Assembly: GCA_964634885.1 (NCBI GenBank)
Contig: CAZWLN010000009.1
Location: forward strand, 17,735 to 81,734
Length of the DNA stretch: 64,000 bases
Direction of reading: 5' to 3'
Origin: an uncultured Hyphomicrobiales bacterium
GTDB lineage: Bacteria > Bacteroidota > Ignavibacteria > Kapaibacteriales > UBA2268
The notes under the pieces are model-generated. The model searched no databases. It was not told the origin of the DNA and saw nothing but the letters and a program-made list of their open reading frames with translations. Shown here one piece after another: positions 60,513-64,000 of the stretch. The translations under genes and the position numbers were made by a program. The first letter of the stretch is position 1, and each line of letters begins with the position of its first letter.

Positions 60513-61714
60513 AATAATTTGAATGTATATGTTTTTTCGCTGTCGTCTCTTAACACTTTGAATTTGATTGCGTCGCCTTTGACAGAGTCATAGACATTTA
60601 TATAATAGTCTTCTTCGCGTACAATGCTATTGTCATTGATTTCAAGGATGATGTCGCCGGGCATGACGCCTGCTTTGGCAGCTTCCGATCCTCTTTCGAG
60701 GGCTGTGATGACGATGCCTTCAGTAGTGTTGATGCCTAAGTATTTGGCAAGCTGTTCGTCTATTGCCCTGATCTCAATCCCAACATTGAAATTCCTGTCG
60801 ATTTCTTTGCCTTTTTTGAGCCTTTCCACGATGGTCCTGACCCTGTCGATGGGTATGGCCCAGCCTATGCCTATGCTGCCTGCGCCCTGCCTGTTCGTTG
60901 CCGTTGAGAAAATCATTGTATTGACCCCGATTACTTCACCGAGTGCGTTGAGGAGGGGTCCTCCGGAATTGCCTGAGCTGATGGCGGCGTCTGTCTGTAT
61001 CATGTTACGATAGACCCTGCCTTCCTGGAAGAAGTTGAGGCCGCTGTTGGAGACGACGCCGACGGTAACCGTAGGCTTGGCGTTCATGTCGAAGAGGCCG
61101 AAGGGATTGCCGAAAGCTATGGACCACTCGCCGGGGTATGTCTCTCCGGAAGAAGCCAGTTTAAGGTATGGGAAATCTTCTCCTTTGATCTTCAGCAAAG
61201 CTACATCGGTAACCCTGTCTGAGCCGATGATCTCTGCATCGTGTTTCTTGCCGTCGGTTGTGGTGACGATGATTTTGGTAGCGTCGCCGGCAACATGATG
61301 GTTGGTGATGATGTATCCGTTTGAGGAAATAAGGAAACCCGAACCAAGGCCCCTGATCTCATATTCTCTGTATCTGGAGCCACCGTCCCTGTTCCCGAAG
61401 TATCTCCGGAACATCGGGTCGTCGAAGAATGACTCGAATGGATCTGTGTATTTTACTTTCTGCACCTGTATTACATTGATGCCAACGATGGCGTCGCGGC
61501 ATTTCCTTACCACTTCGGTGATTGTGTTTTGTCTTGAACCGTCAATATTATAATTGGCTTTTGTTTTGCCCGACAGGTCAAGTTGTGCCAGGTCTTCGCC
61601 CGTTGCAAGTGAGCCTTTGCCGTTGTCGTTGTAGTCTTGTGAATTGCAGCTCTGAACAATTATTCCGATTGTCAATATTAGATAAATCACTATATCCCTG
61701 ACTCTCATCATCAT
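60509..61714 (-). CDS. HtrA/DegP-family periplasmic serine protease (trypsin-like domain plus PDZ)
   Basis: Catalytic His (ITNHHV), Asp, Ser (GNSGGPL); C-terminal PDZ ([16 protein letters not shown]). Confidence 0.85.
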   Translation of the reverse strand: MMMRVRDIVIYLILTIGIIVQSCNSQDYNDNGKGSLATGEDLAQLDLSGKTKANYNIDGSRQNTITEVVRKCRDAIVGINVIQVQKVKYTDPFESFFDDPMFRRYFGNRDGGSRYREYEIRGLGSGFLISSNGYIITNHHVAGDATKIIVTTTDGKKHDAEIIGSDRVTDVALLKIKGEDFPYLKLASSGETYPGEWSIAFGNPFGLFDMNAKPTVTVGVVSNSGLNFFQEGRVYRNMIQTDAAISSGNSGGPLLNALGEVIGVNTMIFSTATNRQGAGSIGIGWAIPIDRVRTIVERLKKGKEIDRNFNVGIEIRAIDEQLAKYLGINTTEGIVITALERGSEAAKAGVMPGDIILEINDNSIVREEDYYINVYDSVKGDAIKFKVLRDDSEKTYTFKLL

Positions 61715-61892
61715 TACCCCATTTATAAAAAATAATTCCCAAAATATACTTCTACGTCTATGGCTTAAAGTAATTGTTATAAAACTGAATTATTGCTGTC
61801 GGAGTCAATGAAAATTTTTTATTATCAGATTTCCTTTTGTAGCTTGATAAATATTTTATATTTTAAATTCAAAAATTTGCAACAATGCATGG

Positions 61893-62240
61893 ATGAGTAT
61901 GGAAATCAAGATTAAAATGAATAAGAAGCAGATGGATACTTTCAAGCGGAGAGCTGAGATGATCAAGTCAACTCCCGACGATGTGGTAATGGAGATGTGT
62001 AAACCGTTCTACGAAGGAAGTGACGAAGACTTTCAGTTGTTCCTCAATCTGAAATCAAAGATATCCGACCCGGGTTTTTCAAAAGAAATAATGGATGAAT
62101 TCCAGGAACTCGAAGTTGAAGACTTGTACGATGGTGAGATCGAAGATGAAGACGAAAACGGTTTCAGCGACGACTTCTTCGACGATGAGGATGATTTCGG
62201 CGGTGGTGGAAGACGCGGCAGCGGCAGAAGGTATTATTAA
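61893..62240 (+). CDS. Hypothetical highly acidic small protein
   Basis: 115-aa ORF, D/E-rich with Gly/Arg tail; followed by a strong terminator. Confidence 0.35.
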   Translation: MSMEIKIKMNKKQMDTFKRRAEMIKSTPDDVVMEMCKPFYEGSDEDFQLFLNLKSKISDPGFSKEIMDEFQELEVEDLYDGEIEDEDENGFSDDFFDDEDDFGGGGRRGSGRRYY

Positions 62241-62261
62241 GAAATAATAAACATTAAAAAA

Positions 62262-62287
62262 GCCGCCCAACGGGGCGGCTTTTTTTG
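62262..62287. terminator. Bidirectional Rho-independent terminator between convergent genes
   Basis: gccgccc-aacg-gggcggc flanked by A-run upstream and T-run downstream. Confidence 0.7.
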
Positions 62288-62324
62288 CAAGCAGAGAGAT
62301 ACCTGATCTCAATTGTTATACATA

Positions 62325-62582
62325 TCAATTAAGTGGATAGACCGATATTTTCTTGCGGTCTTTGTCTTTAACTTCAAATTTTACGGTACCATCGATCAAC
62401 GAGAAGATTGTGTAATCTTTTCCGAGCCCGACATTGTTTCCGGGGTGAAACCTTGTGCCGCACTGGCGAACGATGATGTTGCCGGCTTTGACGAGTTCGC
62501 CGCCGAATCTTTTAACACCGCGTCTTTGCGCATTGGAATCGCGTCCGTTTTTCGAAGAACCGCCACCTTTTTTATGTGCCAT
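62325..62582 (-). CDS. rpmA: 50S ribosomal protein L27
   Basis: [28 protein letters not shown]... Confidence 0.95.
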   Translation of the reverse strand: MAHKKGGGSSKNGRDSNAQRRGVKRFGGELVKAGNIIVRQCGTRFHPGNNVGLGKDYTIFSLIDGTVKFEVKDKDRKKISVYPLN

Positions 62583-62597
62583 AATTAGTCTCCGGAT

Positions 62598-63065
62598 TTA
62601 TTCTTTAGTTGTTTTTTTTCTGCCTCTTTTGGGTTTCTCTACGACCTCTTCCGTTGCGATTTCTTCGACGGGAGTGTCATTGAGTTCCTCTTCAATTTTC
62701 AATTCGGCGGGTTTTGCCAGTTCGATTTTTCCGGTACTCCTGAAAGTTTCGAAACCGTCGATTGCCATGCCGGTAATCTGGATGGCAGTAAAGTTCTGCC
62801 TGTGTCCTTTTAACCTTCTGTAGCCCTTGCGGCGTTTTTTCTTGAAAACGATGACTTTTGTGTCTTTTCCATGGCCAAGGATGGTTGCTTCAACCGTGCC
62901 GTTGACATATGGAGTTCCGACTTTGTCGCCGTTTTCATTGCCGGCTAAGAGGATGTCCGTAAATGAAACCTTATCGCCTGGATTGCCTTCGAGCAATGGT
63001 ACTCTGAGCCTCTCATCGGGGCTTATCCTGGTTTGGACACCTGTTATTTCTACTATTGCGTACAT
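62598..63065 (-). CDS. rplU: 50S ribosomal protein L21 with Lys/Glu-rich C-terminal extension
   Basis: [23 protein letters not shown]...[22 protein letters not shown]. Confidence 0.9.
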   Translation of the reverse strand: MYAIVEITGVQTRISPDERLRVPLLEGNPGDKVSFTDILLAGNENGDKVGTPYVNGTVEATILGHGKDTKVIVFKKKRRKGYRRLKGHRQNFTAIQITGMAIDGFETFRSTGKIELAKPAELKIEEELNDTPVEEIATEEVVEKPKRGRKKTTKE

Positions 63066-63152
63066 AAATATACCTTATTTCAACATTTTTCTCTTACAAA
63101 TTACAGAGAAATGCAAATTAATAAGAAAATTCTAAATTACAAAACTATTTTT

Positions 63153-64000
63153 TTATGCGGACTTACTTTTTACTCGGTTCGCTTTTTTTACGTATTCAGG
63201 ATCGGTTCCTTCGTTAACGGTGCCTTTAGTAATTACGCACTTTTCAACGTGTCCCATGTCCGGGAGGCTGTACATGATGGGTATCATCACCTCTTCGGTA
63301 ATGGCACGCAGCGCTCTGGCGCCGGTTTTCCTGATCTTTGCCTTCTCGACGATGGCCTTAAGGGCTTCTTCTTCGAATTCAAGCCCTATGCCTTCCATTG
63401 AAAACAGCTTCTGATACTGCTTTGCAATGGCATTTTTCGGAACTGTGAGGATGTTCATCAGGGCTTCGTCGCTGAGTTCGTCGAGGTATGTAAGCACCGG
63501 AAGCCTGCCTGCAAGTTCCGGTATTAAACCGTACCTGATGAGGTCTTCAGGCTCGACGGAGTGCAACAGGCTGCTGTTGGCGTCGATGGCAGCGTCGGAG
63601 TCGGCAGTAAAGCCTATCATCGTCTTTCGCATACGCCTGGCGATTATCTTGTCCAAGCCTTCGAAAGCTCCGCCGCAGATGAAAAGTATGTTCCTCGTAT
63701 CGACGTAGATGAGGGGTTGTTCGGGATGCTTGCGGCCTCCCTTGGGTGGTACCCCTGCGACTGTGCCTTCGAGTATTTTCAGGAGCGCCTGCTGTACACC
63801 TTCGCCTGATACGTCCCTGGTGATGCTGGCAGATTCGCTCTTCCTGCCGATCTTGTCTAATTCGTCGATGTAGATGATGCCCTGCTGGGCGAGGTTTACA
63901 TTGTAGTTCGCGCTCATCAGCAGTTTGACGAGTATGTTCTCGACGTCGTCGCCCACGTATCCCGCTTCGGTAATCGTCGTTGCGTCGGCAATGGCAAAAG
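63153..64000 (-). CDS. clpX: ATP-dependent Clp protease ATP-binding subunit ClpX, C-terminal part (N-terminus beyond window)
   Basis: [52 protein letters not shown]; ORF open to the window end. Confidence 0.9.
   Translation of the reverse strand, partial: FAIADATTITEAGYVGDDVENILVKLLMSANYNVNLAQQGIIYIDELDKIGRKSESASITRDVSGEGVQQALLKILEGTVAGVPPKGGRKHPEQPLIYVDTRNILFICGGAFEGLDKIIARRMRKTMIGFTADSDAAIDANSSLLHSVEPEDLIRYGLIPELAGRLPVLTYLDELSDEALMNILTVPKNAIAKQYQKLFSMEGIGLEFEEEALKAIVEKAKIRKTGARALRAITEEVMIPIMYSLPDMGHVEKCVITKGTVNEGTDPEYVKKANRVKSKSA

Overview
The window reads as a Bacteroidota/Ignavibacteriota-like (FCB group) chromosome. The lineage call rests on several proteins ending in type IX secretion (T9SS) C-terminal sorting domains, SBBP and BNR repeats, and the rpoN-DUF3109 gene pair. 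The flanks are conserved core genes. The left flank (1-9.9 kb) carries pyrD, rpoN, a DUF3109 gene, a BNR/sialidase-like T9SS protein and a WD40 T9SS protein. The right flank (51.1-64 kb) carries a DtxR-family regulator, pyrG, an FKBP gene, an Rpn-family nuclease, lptB, htrA, rpmA, rplU and clpX. Between them lies an AT-rich genomic island of about 41 kb (roughly 10005-51015). It is inserted at the 3' end of a tRNA-Thr(CGU) gene and flanked by a 44-bp direct repeat of the tRNA 3' half (9961-10004 and 51016-51059). A tyrosine integrase gene sits next to the intact tRNA, and an identical 18-bp motif lies just inside each island end. The island encodes: (i) a 2155-aa secreted RHS/YD-repeat polymorphic toxin with an N-terminal lipase domain, followed by three tandem paralogous secreted proteins with invariant termini; (ii) three large T9SS cargo proteins (Ig-like, SBBP beta-propeller, vWA-WD40 giant), two of them each paired with a paralogous 712-aa OmpA-like outer-membrane protein; (iii) a tight eight-gene minus-strand array of hsdR, hsdM, an unknown gene, hsdS, a small membrane protein, an ABC/OLD-like ATPase, an unknown partner, and an RtcR-like CARF-domain sigma-54 enhancer-binding protein. 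That array is the best candidate here for an undescribed defense system and regulatory coupling. No CRISPR array or rRNA gene was seen.
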